Shown here piece after piece: positions 16,078-24,900 of a stretch of DNA of 41,538 nt (position 1 is its first letter; each line of letters opens with the position of its first letter). Under the pieces are notes generated by a model that saw nothing but the letters and a program-made list of their open reading frames with translations, searched no databases and was not told the DNA's origin. The stretch spans positions 1 to 41,538 of the forward strand of contig JBIKWF010000030.1 of assembly GCA_044356455.1 (NCBI GenBank), in the 5' to 3' direction. The stretch comes from Bdellovibrionota bacterium (lineage in GTDB: Bacteria; Bdellovibrionota_C; UBA2361; JBGSMV01). The position numbers and the translations under genes were made by a program.

Positions 16078-18288
16078 CTATTGGTTACTCCGCCCAAGAA
16101 GCCGATGCACCCGCGCGAGCATGACTCTACTATCTGCCGTCTTGCTCACAAAGTCGTCAGCCCCGCTTGTAAGCGAAGTGAGTTCATTTTGCTCCGCATC
16201 AGCTGCGGTAAGCATGAGCACAGGAATAGAGCTGGCGCGTTTGTCCTTGCGCAGCAGCTGCACGAATTCAAGTCCCCCCATGCGCGGCATCATTAGGTCG
16301 CATACAATAAGCTCAGGGGGCGCTTCATAGACGCGATCAAGGGCTTCAAACCCATCGCTTGCTTCGACCACTTCAAACATCTCTCTCTTAAGGAGGAGTG
16401 AAAGCACCAAGCGTGTATTTTCGTCGTCTTCCACGAGAAGGACTTTGCGCTTGGAGAGGCCTGAGGCAGGTGAGTTCGCGCTTGGCTGTCCAAAGGAAGC
16501 GTTACCGGAGCCTTGCGAGAGAAGCTCTAGGGAGCCCAGGCACCGCTCGACCTCTTCCAGCGTCGTGCGTCCTTCTTCCACTGCCTGGACTGCGCTCTCC
16601 AGGAGGCTCTTAAATCCAAAACCTCGTGCAAGGCCTTCCACCTCTGCTTCCGAGCGCCCATCTCGAATTGCTGCTCGGACAGGCTCGGTAATTTCCAGGA
16701 TGCTAAAGAGACCCGTGCGTCCCGCATAACCTACGCCTGAGCATTGCTCGCAGCCCACGGCATGTTTCACTTTCTCAGGGTCTACGCGAAGGCGTGAGAG
16801 GATGGCCTGATCAATTTGTGCTCCCGGGGCAGCGCAGTGTGGGCAAAGTTTGCGCACCAATCTTTGCGCAATAATTGTTCCAACTGAGGATGCGATCACG
16901 TAAGGGGGCAGACCAAGATCGCGTAGCCGTGTCACGGCGCTGGCAGCTGAATTGGTATGGATGGTCGAGAGCACAAGGTGCCCTGTTTGAGCCGCTTGCA
17001 TGGCGATGGACGCAGTCTCCCCGTCTCGGATTTCGCCCACCATGATTACGTCCGGGTCTTGCCTTAGAATCGAGCGTAGCCCGTCGGCAAAGGTGACTCC
17101 TACTTTAGGATTGACTTGGATCTGATTGATTCCCTCTATCTTGTACTCGACGGGGTCTTCAATCGTAATCAAATTGTTTGAGCCATCCTTGAGTGCAAGA
17201 AGACACGCATACAGGGTGCTTGTCTTTCCCGATCCTGTGGGGCCAGTGACGAGCACCACTCGGGAAGAGCTTTTAAGGGACTGGGCGATCATGTGCTGTG
17301 ATTCCGCATCTGCGCCAAGCGCCTCAATCGTAAGACGAGAAAGGTCTGTGGAAAGTACGCGTATGACGACGCTTTCCCCAAATGCGGTTGGTACGGTGGA
17401 TACGCGCAGGTCTTTCGCGCCGCTCGTGCTCTTAATTCTCATGCGTCCATCTTGGGGGCGGCGGCGCTCGGAGATATCCATCCCGGCAAGAAGTTTCAAG
17501 CGCGAGATCACGGGATTCTGAGCATTGGAGGGCACAGAGAAGAGCGGCTGCAGAATACCATCAATACGTACCTTTACGCTCATGGTGTCTTTTTCGGGGG
17601 TGACGTGGATGTCACTTGCCCGCGCTTGCACGCCATCTGCGAGAATTTTGTTCACGAGACGAATGATTGGCGGATCGGTCAGGTCTGAGCTGCTGAGCGT
17701 AGCCTCGAAGTTTCCGACATCTGAGCTATTCTCGGAGGCCAAGGTAAGGGGGCTGTCGTGCTGCTTCACAATCGAAGCAAGGTCCTCGTTGCTTGAAAAG
17801 GTGCCCCACGCTCCAAGAACTTCAAGAATAGCTTCTTCCCCAGCTAAGGCAGGGCGAACACTAAGACCTGAGAGATGTTGCAGCGTTTTTGCTGCTGCAT
17901 GATCAAGGGGATTTGCGAACGCCACAAGAACGTGGCGCGGGTTAAGCTCCACAGGGATTGCTTTGAGTCCCGTCCAACAATCTACGGGCACCCCTTTGAG
18001 CTCCTCGCTTTTGAGGAGCGTGCTTGCCAGGTTTTTCGTCTTGCGGTCGAGAGCAACGAGAGGGATGCCAAGCTTTTTTGCGAGTGCAGAAAGCGCGTCA
18101 TGCTCGGCGATAATTCCCTTTCGCGCGCACCAAAGGACAGGCCCACAGCCCTCTTTGAGCATTTCTGGGACAGCAGATTCTGCTGAGAACGAATTTTCGG
18201 GCGCGGCTCCTGACTTAAGCAGGATCTTGCAAAGCGCAAGGTGAGCGTCACGGCTTACTGACCAGTTAGACATAGGGCCCCACAACAT
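16078..18288 (-). CDS. GspE/PilB-family secretion ATPase with a C-terminal response-regulator receiver domain
   Basis: RASDIH, PQDGR, Walker A GPTGSGKTS, TIEDPVE, LRQDPDVIMVGEIRD, GHLVLSTIH, CPHC/CEQC zinc motif; then VLLVEDD, IVCDLMMP, MLTA, GADDFVSK. The start may instead be ATG 18273. Confidence 0.92.
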   Translation of the reverse strand: MLWGPMSNWSVSRDAHLALCKILLKSGAAPENSFSAESAVPEMLKEGCGPVLWCARKGIIAEHDALSALAKKLGIPLVALDRKTKNLASTLLKSEELKGVPVDCWTGLKAIPVELNPRHVLVAFANPLDHAAAKTLQHLSGLSVRPALAGEEAILEVLGAWGTFSSNEDLASIVKQHDSPLTLASENSSDVGNFEATLSSSDLTDPPIIRLVNKILADGVQARASDIHVTPEKDTMSVKVRIDGILQPLFSVPSNAQNPVISRLKLLAGMDISERRRPQDGRMRIKSTSGAKDLRVSTVPTAFGESVVIRVLSTDLSRLTIEALGADAESQHMIAQSLKSSSRVVLVTGPTGSGKTSTLYACLLALKDGSNNLITIEDPVEYKIEGINQIQVNPKVGVTFADGLRSILRQDPDVIMVGEIRDGETASIAMQAAQTGHLVLSTIHTNSAASAVTRLRDLGLPPYVIASSVGTIIAQRLVRKLCPHCAAPGAQIDQAILSRLRVDPEKVKHAVGCEQCSGVGYAGRTGLFSILEITEPVRAAIRDGRSEAEVEGLARGFGFKSLLESAVQAVEEGRTTLEEVERCLGSLELLSQGSGNASFGQPSANSPASGLSKRKVLLVEDDENTRLVLSLLLKREMFEVVEASDGFEALDRVYEAPPELIVCDLMMPRMGGLEFVQLLRKDKRASSIPVLMLTAADAEQNELTSLTSGADDFVSKTADSRVMLARVHRLLGRSNQ

Positions 18289-18490
18289 TCAGACGTCCAG
18301 AGGTGGAATCGGCAGAATGTGGGGGAATCTCAAGCGTTTATCTCCAGCGAGACTTAAAATGCCAGACGCAAGTAGCCTGAAGAATTGATTTCTTCAATCA
18401 TTTTAAGGCAGAGGCCCAGTGAGGAGAGGCCCTGTGAGGAGAGAGTAGAAGGCGGTAGGCCAGGTCGTTTCTTCCCTACTACCTAAACCC

Positions 18491-19510
18491 TTATCCAACC
18501 ATCTCGATAGGAATCTTACTTATCTGCTTCTTACAAAGCTCTTCAAGGTTGGGGGAGCCAAAGCGCGCCGGGTCAAGTTCATGGAAGCGTTCACGTAGAA
18601 GGTCCTTATAAGTAACGCCCTTCTTGGCAAGGCCTAAGGTTTGAGTCCAATAATCCATGACGTCTTCAAAGTACTCTACAATGTCAAAGGCACGAGAGCC
18701 GGCGTCATATATTGTGCAGCGCTCGAGAGGGTAGCAGGGGTTCTCATATTGAGACTCGACGAATTCGGGGGCGAGCAGTGAGTTAGTGCGTAGAAGATCC
18801 GTTCCGTCGATCTTGATGCGCATAGGAGTGCTGAAAGTCGCCATGTCAAAGACGCCTTCAAGGTACACAATAACTGCTCCGCGATAGGCGTCAAAAGTGG
18901 AGCGATAAAACTGATCCATCTCGTCCAGCACTTCGTGCGAGCGTGGAGAGCCAATGGTGAAGAAGGTGATTCCAGAAACCTGTACGCCGTGGTCGAGCGA
19001 GGATTCCGCCATCTTTTTTAGTCCGTGGTGAAGGCTGGTGCCGGTCGCGACGACATCTCCGAACACCACGTGCGTGGTCTCGTGGAGCGACAGTTTCTGG
19101 TAGCCACTCTCAGTAATAATCCAATCGGGAGAGTCTGAGCTTTTACGTATGCGCTGGGCACTCACAAAAGCTGACGGGTGATAGTTAAAGTTGAAGGCGT
19201 CCGCAATTGCTTCGCGTAGTCCAAAGTTAAGCCCGCCACGAAGAATATGAAGGACAATCGTTTGCTGCTCAGCAAGCGTGAGGATTTTTTGGGATCGCAT
19301 CGCGGTGAGTGCTTTGGTGCACGCCTTCTGCAAGGCTCGCGTATAGGAAATGCCGGCAATGAACGGGTCGTTGCAAATGGCTCTTGTTTCCGGAGTGGAG
19401 ACTACGTACTGCTTAACCCCAGTTTTAGCGGGAGATGAGTCCGTGACTACCTCGTAGAGAGAGCATTGGGGAGACCTCTCTAAACTTCGAATACTCCACC
19501 CATTCATCAT
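18491..19510 (-). CDS. divergent type I phosphoribosyltransferase (UPRTase-like)
   Basis: HILRGGLNF resembles UPRTase ILRAGL; PRPP loop VVFGDVVATGTSL; ATG 19510 follows CAGGT (ORF track start 19525). Confidence 0.75.
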   Translation of the reverse strand: MMNGWSIRSLERSPQCSLYEVVTDSSPAKTGVKQYVVSTPETRAICNDPFIAGISYTRALQKACTKALTAMRSQKILTLAEQQTIVLHILRGGLNFGLREAIADAFNFNYHPSAFVSAQRIRKSSDSPDWIITESGYQKLSLHETTHVVFGDVVATGTSLHHGLKKMAESSLDHGVQVSGITFFTIGSPRSHEVLDEMDQFYRSTFDAYRGAVIVYLEGVFDMATFSTPMRIKIDGTDLLRTNSLLAPEFVESQYENPCYPLERCTIYDAGSRAFDIVEYFEDVMDYWTQTLGLAKKGVTYKDLLRERFHELDPARFGSPNLEELCKKQISKIPIEMVG

Positions 19511-19615
19511 AGCAATTACCTGCAAAAAGAGGCCTCAGTAGGGAGACGGGACGAAAATTCATCCGTCTTAATCCTGCGCAGCATCGCCTCAAGCGAGCCG
19601 CGTAAGGCACGGCGG

Positions 19616-19644
19616 AGTTTATCGGTGGGACGGGGGTGTGTCAA
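19616..19644 (-). promoter_or_regulatory. sigma70 promoter of the PRTase gene
   Basis: Minus strand TTGACA (19644-19639), 17 nt, TAAACT (19621-19616). Confidence 0.75.
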
Positions 19645-19935
19645 AGTCGATTATCCCTCTTAAATCGGTGTGTTACCCCCCTTGTGCGGGCCAGGCGCAA
19701 GGCTTTAGAGTCTGGAGCAGGGGGCAGGAGGGTACACCGGCCTGCTCTTTTTTCTATCTGATGTTCTCGTTCTTTGCCGGTCCAGTTAAACGGGCGAGCT
19801 TGATGAGGTTTTCGGCGGTGGCCGGAGCGTGCGCGTGCTAGTTGCGATGTCCCTATTTGCGGTCCGCAAGGGTTTTTTCGGCGAGGACTGGTTTTTTATC
19901 TTCTATCTTTTGCTGACATTCTAAGGCTCATTTTC

Positions 19936-20853
19936 ATGGCACAAAAAGTTTGGAGCAAATCCGTACTTCTAGGGATTGCCAAGCGCGTTGGCTCCCTTGC
20001 GGCTCTCGTGGTGGTGGTGGTTTCGCTGAGTGCCAATAAGGCCTGCCGAGAAGATTATTTCTTCGCAAATCAGTCTGATCTCTCCTCTGTTACTACACCG
20101 ACTGGTACGCCTGGTACGCGTACTCCCTCAGTTACCCCAACGGAGACCCCTGATCCCGATGAGACCGTAGACCCAACGGAGACTCCTGACACTACTCCTA
20201 CCTCAGGAGCTACTCCCACTCGAACTGCTCGCCCAACCAGAACCCCGACCTCGGCTGCTCAGGCAGCATTTACTCTTCTTCGCGATCTAGAATCGGCTTC
20301 CGAGAACCGTGCTGAGGGAGATCCCGCAGAAGAAGACGATGTTGTTCCAAGCGAATTTGCAACACCACGAGCGGGTGCAGTAGGCGGGGGCTCGGCCCAG
20401 AAGGGTGCGCTTGTTGGTAACTGGCTTGGTAATCTCTACGGTGGGTCCGAGCAGGCACGCCCCGCGATTTTTGTGGTTGGGGAAACCGCAGGTTATCAGA
20501 GAACTGTTTCCTCTTTGCTCAAGGGGCTTGGTGTAGAGAGCAGAGCAGTTAATTCTGCCTCCGAAATTTCACTTGTTTCAGGTACGGTGGAAAAGCCCTC
20601 CGTGGTAGTGCTCGATGCGCAATCCGCTTCTTTCCCCACCTGCCAGACCATTCGGCAGCTATCGAGTAATGCCCAGAAAAAAGTCTCGTATGTGGTAGTG
20701 GGTGCCGCTGCTCCCGAGTCGACGTCTGTATCTCAGGGATCTTACTTATGCTCGGGCAGGGCAGTGGCTGAGGTGGTGCCAACTCCTGTAAATCGAATTG
20801 GACTTAGACGCGCGATTGAACGTGCGGTCTCCCGTGCTGGAGATGCCGGCTGA
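19936..20853 (+). CDS. Thr/Pro-rich exported or membrane-anchored protein with a C-terminal receiver-like domain
   Basis: Basic N-region, hydrophobic stretch, Cys (SANKAC), PT/TP repeats, then a CheY-like pattern AIFVVGE...PSVVVLD...VVPTPVN. Confidence 0.75.
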   Translation: MAQKVWSKSVLLGIAKRVGSLAALVVVVVSLSANKACREDYFFANQSDLSSVTTPTGTPGTRTPSVTPTETPDPDETVDPTETPDTTPTSGATPTRTARPTRTPTSAAQAAFTLLRDLESASENRAEGDPAEEDDVVPSEFATPRAGAVGGGSAQKGALVGNWLGNLYGGSEQARPAIFVVGETAGYQRTVSSLLKGLGVESRAVNSASEISLVSGTVEKPSVVVLDAQSASFPTCQTIRQLSSNAQKKVSYVVVGAAAPESTSVSQGSYLCSGRAVAEVVPTPVNRIGLRRAIERAVSRAGDAG

Positions 20854-20902
20854 GCAAGGCTTTTTTTGGAAAGGATTGCCCAGCTTTTTTTTGAGGTGTC
20901 TT

Positions 20903-21703
20903 ATGCACATTAAGGTGTTTCTTAAATTAGTAATTCTTGCGGCCTGCGCCTTCGCCATGAGCGCCTGTGCAGCCACTCGCCAGTTGAGCCCTGATTTTGT
21001 GCCGCCACCTGCCGAAGAAGCCTGGGATCCCCTTGAGCCGGTGAATCGCGGAGTGTTTTGGTTCAATGACAAACTTGATGCCTACCTTATCGAGCCTGCC
21101 TCTCAGGGCTACGACTATATCACTCCAGAGTTTGTGCAGCGCCGAGTTTCTAACTTCTTTTCAAATTTGAAGGGACCGGCGAACGTTATCAACTCACTGC
21201 TGCAGCTTAAGCCTGATGTTGCGTCTGAGCAGTTTGGGAGATTTTTTATTAACACCACTATTGGTCTCGTGGGGCTCTTTGATGTTGCGACAGACTGGGG
21301 CATGGAAGCGCATTCTGAGGGACTAGGAGAAACTTTGGCCCTATATGGAATTCCCTCAGGGCCCTATTTGGTCCTCCCCCTTCTCGGGCCGAGCAATATT
21401 CGAGATGGAGTTGGTCTCCTAGGTGATGCCGTCGCAGATCCCAGCTTCTACGCCGGAAATCTCGCTTCAAGCACCGAGGCAGAATGGGGAATTGTGATTG
21501 GGCTCAAAACTCTTCAAGTCCTTCAGACAAGAATCGATCTAAAGGATGCCATCGATGCCTCTAAGGATAGTTCACTCGACCGCTACCTCTTCGTACAGTC
21601 CGCCTATTACCAGTTTCGGCATGGGCGGATTTACGATGGAAAAGGCTCTTCCTCTGATCTAGACGAGGGCGAATCTGAGCCGACGTTTGATTCTAAGCCT
21701 TGA
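20903..21703 (+). CDS. mlaA: MlaA/VacJ family outer-membrane lipoprotein
   Basis: Lipobox AMSAC; WDPLEPVNRGVFWFND, RFFINTTIGLVGLFDVA, GPYLVLPLLGPSNIRD; ATG 20903 follows GAGG. Confidence 0.93.
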   Translation: MHIKVFLKLVILAACAFAMSACAATRQLSPDFVPPPAEEAWDPLEPVNRGVFWFNDKLDAYLIEPASQGYDYITPEFVQRRVSNFFSNLKGPANVINSLLQLKPDVASEQFGRFFINTTIGLVGLFDVATDWGMEAHSEGLGETLALYGIPSGPYLVLPLLGPSNIRDGVGLLGDAVADPSFYAGNLASSTEAEWGIVIGLKTLQVLQTRIDLKDAIDASKDSSLDRYLFVQSAYYQFRHGRIYDGKGSSSDLDEGESEPTFDSKP

Positions 21704-21948
21704 GATTTTGGTTTTTTGGCATTTGGAGCACGTTCTTGGTCGTGGCGAGCGTGAGGGTAAATAATCTGGAATGGTGAGTCTTTTAAGGCACTTAGGCCAT
21801 TGGTGGAGTGCGTACGCAGCCCGAGCCTTAGGGTAACACCTCGAATCTGCTGAGCCTTGTGTATTCCATCCCGCATCACAAGCTTTACGGAGAGCCATAG
21901 GTGCGTCCAGAGATCGTCTGGTGCATTTGTGGAACCAAAGAGTGTGAG

Positions 21949-24900
21949 ATGACAAGCCCGAGCTTTCTTATAGTCCACAAGGACCATGCCATGGATATCC
22001 ATGGACCCAACAGCGGCGCTGAGACAGCGACTCGGTTTCTCGCGCGCACACTTGCCGAGCTTGGAGAAAAAGTCGTAGTAGCCGCTCAGATTATTGGAGC
22101 GGAAGAAACCATTGATGGCGTTGAGTATTGGGATCTGGGTCCTGACTTCGATACTCAAGGAGCCCTTGCGCGCATGTCAGAGCGTGGCAGGTACTACTTA
22201 ATTTCTGCGGGACGTGCACAGCCTCTTCTTGAGAGCCGACGCGATTCCCACTGTCTTTCACGTATACTGATAAGCCATGACCGTTCGGGAAATGATACTG
22301 GTATCAAGCCGCAGGTGCTTTGCCGAGTTCTTGATTATGTAGTTTGTGTTTCAGATGCCCAGCGCGAGGTGTTCCTTAAGGCGGGCGCCGATCCGGCTAA
22401 AGTGGTGACGCTCTTTAACGGTGTCGATCTTAATCTCTTCTCGCCGGGACTCCCAGAGCAGCGGAACTACCGGAAACTTGTTTTCGTAGGCGCGCTTGTT
22501 GAGGACAAAGGCATTCACTGGCTGATTGAATCTTATTGTAAGCTCAAGCCTAAGTATCCAGACCTTTCTCTTGAGGTATATGGAAGTAGTGGGCTCTGGG
22601 GCCGCCCGCGTCTGTTTGATGAAGCCGACATAGAAAAGCGCGTTCCTGGAATTAAGTTCCACGGTAAGGTCACTCAAGAAGTTATCGCCAAGGCTTATCG
22701 TGAAGGTGGGCTCTGCGTTATTCCGAGCCCGTGGTTCGACCCTTTCCCGCTTACCGCTCTTGAAGCCCAAGCATGCGGTTGTCCTGTTCTGACCTTTGAC
22801 GTGGGAGGTCTCAAGGAAGGCGTCTTGGACGGCAAAACTGCCGTGGTGATGAGGGATATTACGCCTGATGTTCTTACCAAGAATTTAGATGAGCTTTTGG
22901 CGCAGCCTGAAAGATTACGAGCCTTCTCGGCGGCAGCTCTTAAGGAATCGAGACCGCGCTTCACGTGGCCAAAGGTAGCGGGTGGCATCATAGAGCTTTC
23001 AAAGAAGAGCGCTTCTCGCAGAGCGAACCTTGCCTCTGCTGAAGGCGCCTTGCGAGCTGCTCCGAAGAATACTTTGGCTCGGCTACAAGGGCGCTTCGGA
23101 GTGCTGAGCACCTGGAACCAGGCCTGTGGACTTGCAACCTATGCCCGGTATTTGTTTCGAAACTTCGATCCTGACTCTTTTGTGGTGTTGGGAGAGCACG
23201 TAGATGGAGTGATTGATCCTGTTGATGATTCTCAGCCGCTGATAGAGCGCTGCTGGAAAAGAGGCAGCTCTGACTTTACGCTCCTTGAGCGTGCGATAGC
23301 TAAATACGACCTCAAACTGATTCACCTCAATTGCCAACCTGGGTTTTTCCCACAGCCAAGCTTTGGAGAATTCTTGCGAGCGCTAAGAGCGCGCGGGATT
23401 GTTGTAGTCGCTCATTTGCACAATACGTTCACCCTTGAATCGGCAAGCGAGCAGCTCATTGCAAGCGTGGACCGCGTGATAGTCCATTCGTCCGAGAATC
23501 GGCTCGAGGCAATCGCTAATGGAGCCGCTCCCGAGAATGTGACGGTGCTGCCTCATGGCGTAAATGTTTTGCCGACTCTTTCTTCCGAGGAAAGGGAACT
23601 TCTCCGCGCGAAGCTGGGCATCGCCTCTGGAGCTACGGTGCTTACCGCCTTCGGCTTTATCCAGCCCCATAAAGGGATGGAGGGAGTTATCGACAGCGTG
23701 GCCCATCTCGCAAGCAAAGGGCTTGATGCGAGAGGGTATGTGGTGGGAGAGGTCATGCCTTCTGACCCCCAGAGCAAGCCTTATCTCGAAGCTCTTACGC
23801 GCTATGCCGCGGAGAAAGGGGTTGCAAACCGAATTTCAATCCTCAACCGCTTTGTTTCAGAACAAGAAGTCGGTCAGTTCCTTCAAGCCTCCGATCTTGT
23901 CTTGATGAACTATCGCTCTCAGCACTATGAAGCGTCGGGAGCTTGTTCGCTTGCGGTGGGCGCAGGAGCCTTGGTTCTCACGTCGCTCGCGCCGCCGTTT
24001 GTGCCGTTTGGGGATGCCGTCTGGCATTTGAGCGCGGGGTACCCGGTGCCTCTTTCGGTTGAGCTGCTTCTGTCGCGCCCCGCGCTTCGAGCAGAGATTC
24101 AACGTAAGGCACAGGCCTATGGGGCAAAGTTTAGTTGGCAGAAAATCGCTCAGAGTATTCGAGCATATTATTTAGAAATTGGATTTGAACCTGTTGTTAT
24201 TCGCAGGGAGAAGGTTGTTGCTATGGCACCTACAACGTATCAGAACGCGTCGTCACTTAAAGTACTCATCCAGAATCGACCAAACGCATGGACTCAGGCG
24301 GGTGGCGACACGGTCGTCATGGAGAAAACAGTGCTTGGCCTCAAGGCCAAGGGCGTGCAAGTCACGGTAGACCTTGAGGGGCGCTTGGATCCTGCGGGAT
24401 ATGACGTGGTGCACTTGTTTAACTTTGCTCTCCCCGAACTCCTCAAAAAGCAAGCTGAGCGCTGCATTGCATCTGGCGTGCCGTTTGTGGTGACTACCCT
24501 GTGTGAAGATGTGCCTTCCTTCCATAATCAGTCGTGGGAAGTCGCGCGTATTCTTTCGGAGTATACTTCGCAGAATAAATCTAAAGAGTGGCTAAAAAGC
24601 CGGTGGTTGGATCTCGCGAAAGTTACCCCCTCAGCTCGTTTTGCTAATGACTGGGTAGCGGAGCGGGCCCATGCGCTTCTGGCAAATGGCCTACAAGAGC
24701 GCAAGATCCTTGAGCGAGACTATCCTAAGGCGAAACTTGTACGTGAGGTACCGCTTGGTTTTGAGGTAGGTGCGGCGGCGGATCCTCAACTTTTCATTCG
24801 TGAATATGGCGTATCTGACTACATCTTGTGTGTAGGCCGCATTGAGAGCCGCAAGAATCAGCTCATGTTGCTCAAGGCTATGGAGGATAGTGAACTTCCA

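Noticed and set aside
18385..18400. FNR box (TTGAT...ATCA)
   Set aside because: Spacing does not fit TTGAT-N4-ATCAA.
18410..18439. PyrR binding-loop resemblance (CCNGNGAGG) near the PRTase gene
   Set aside because: Wrong strand and downstream of the gene, with mismatches in the ARUCC part.
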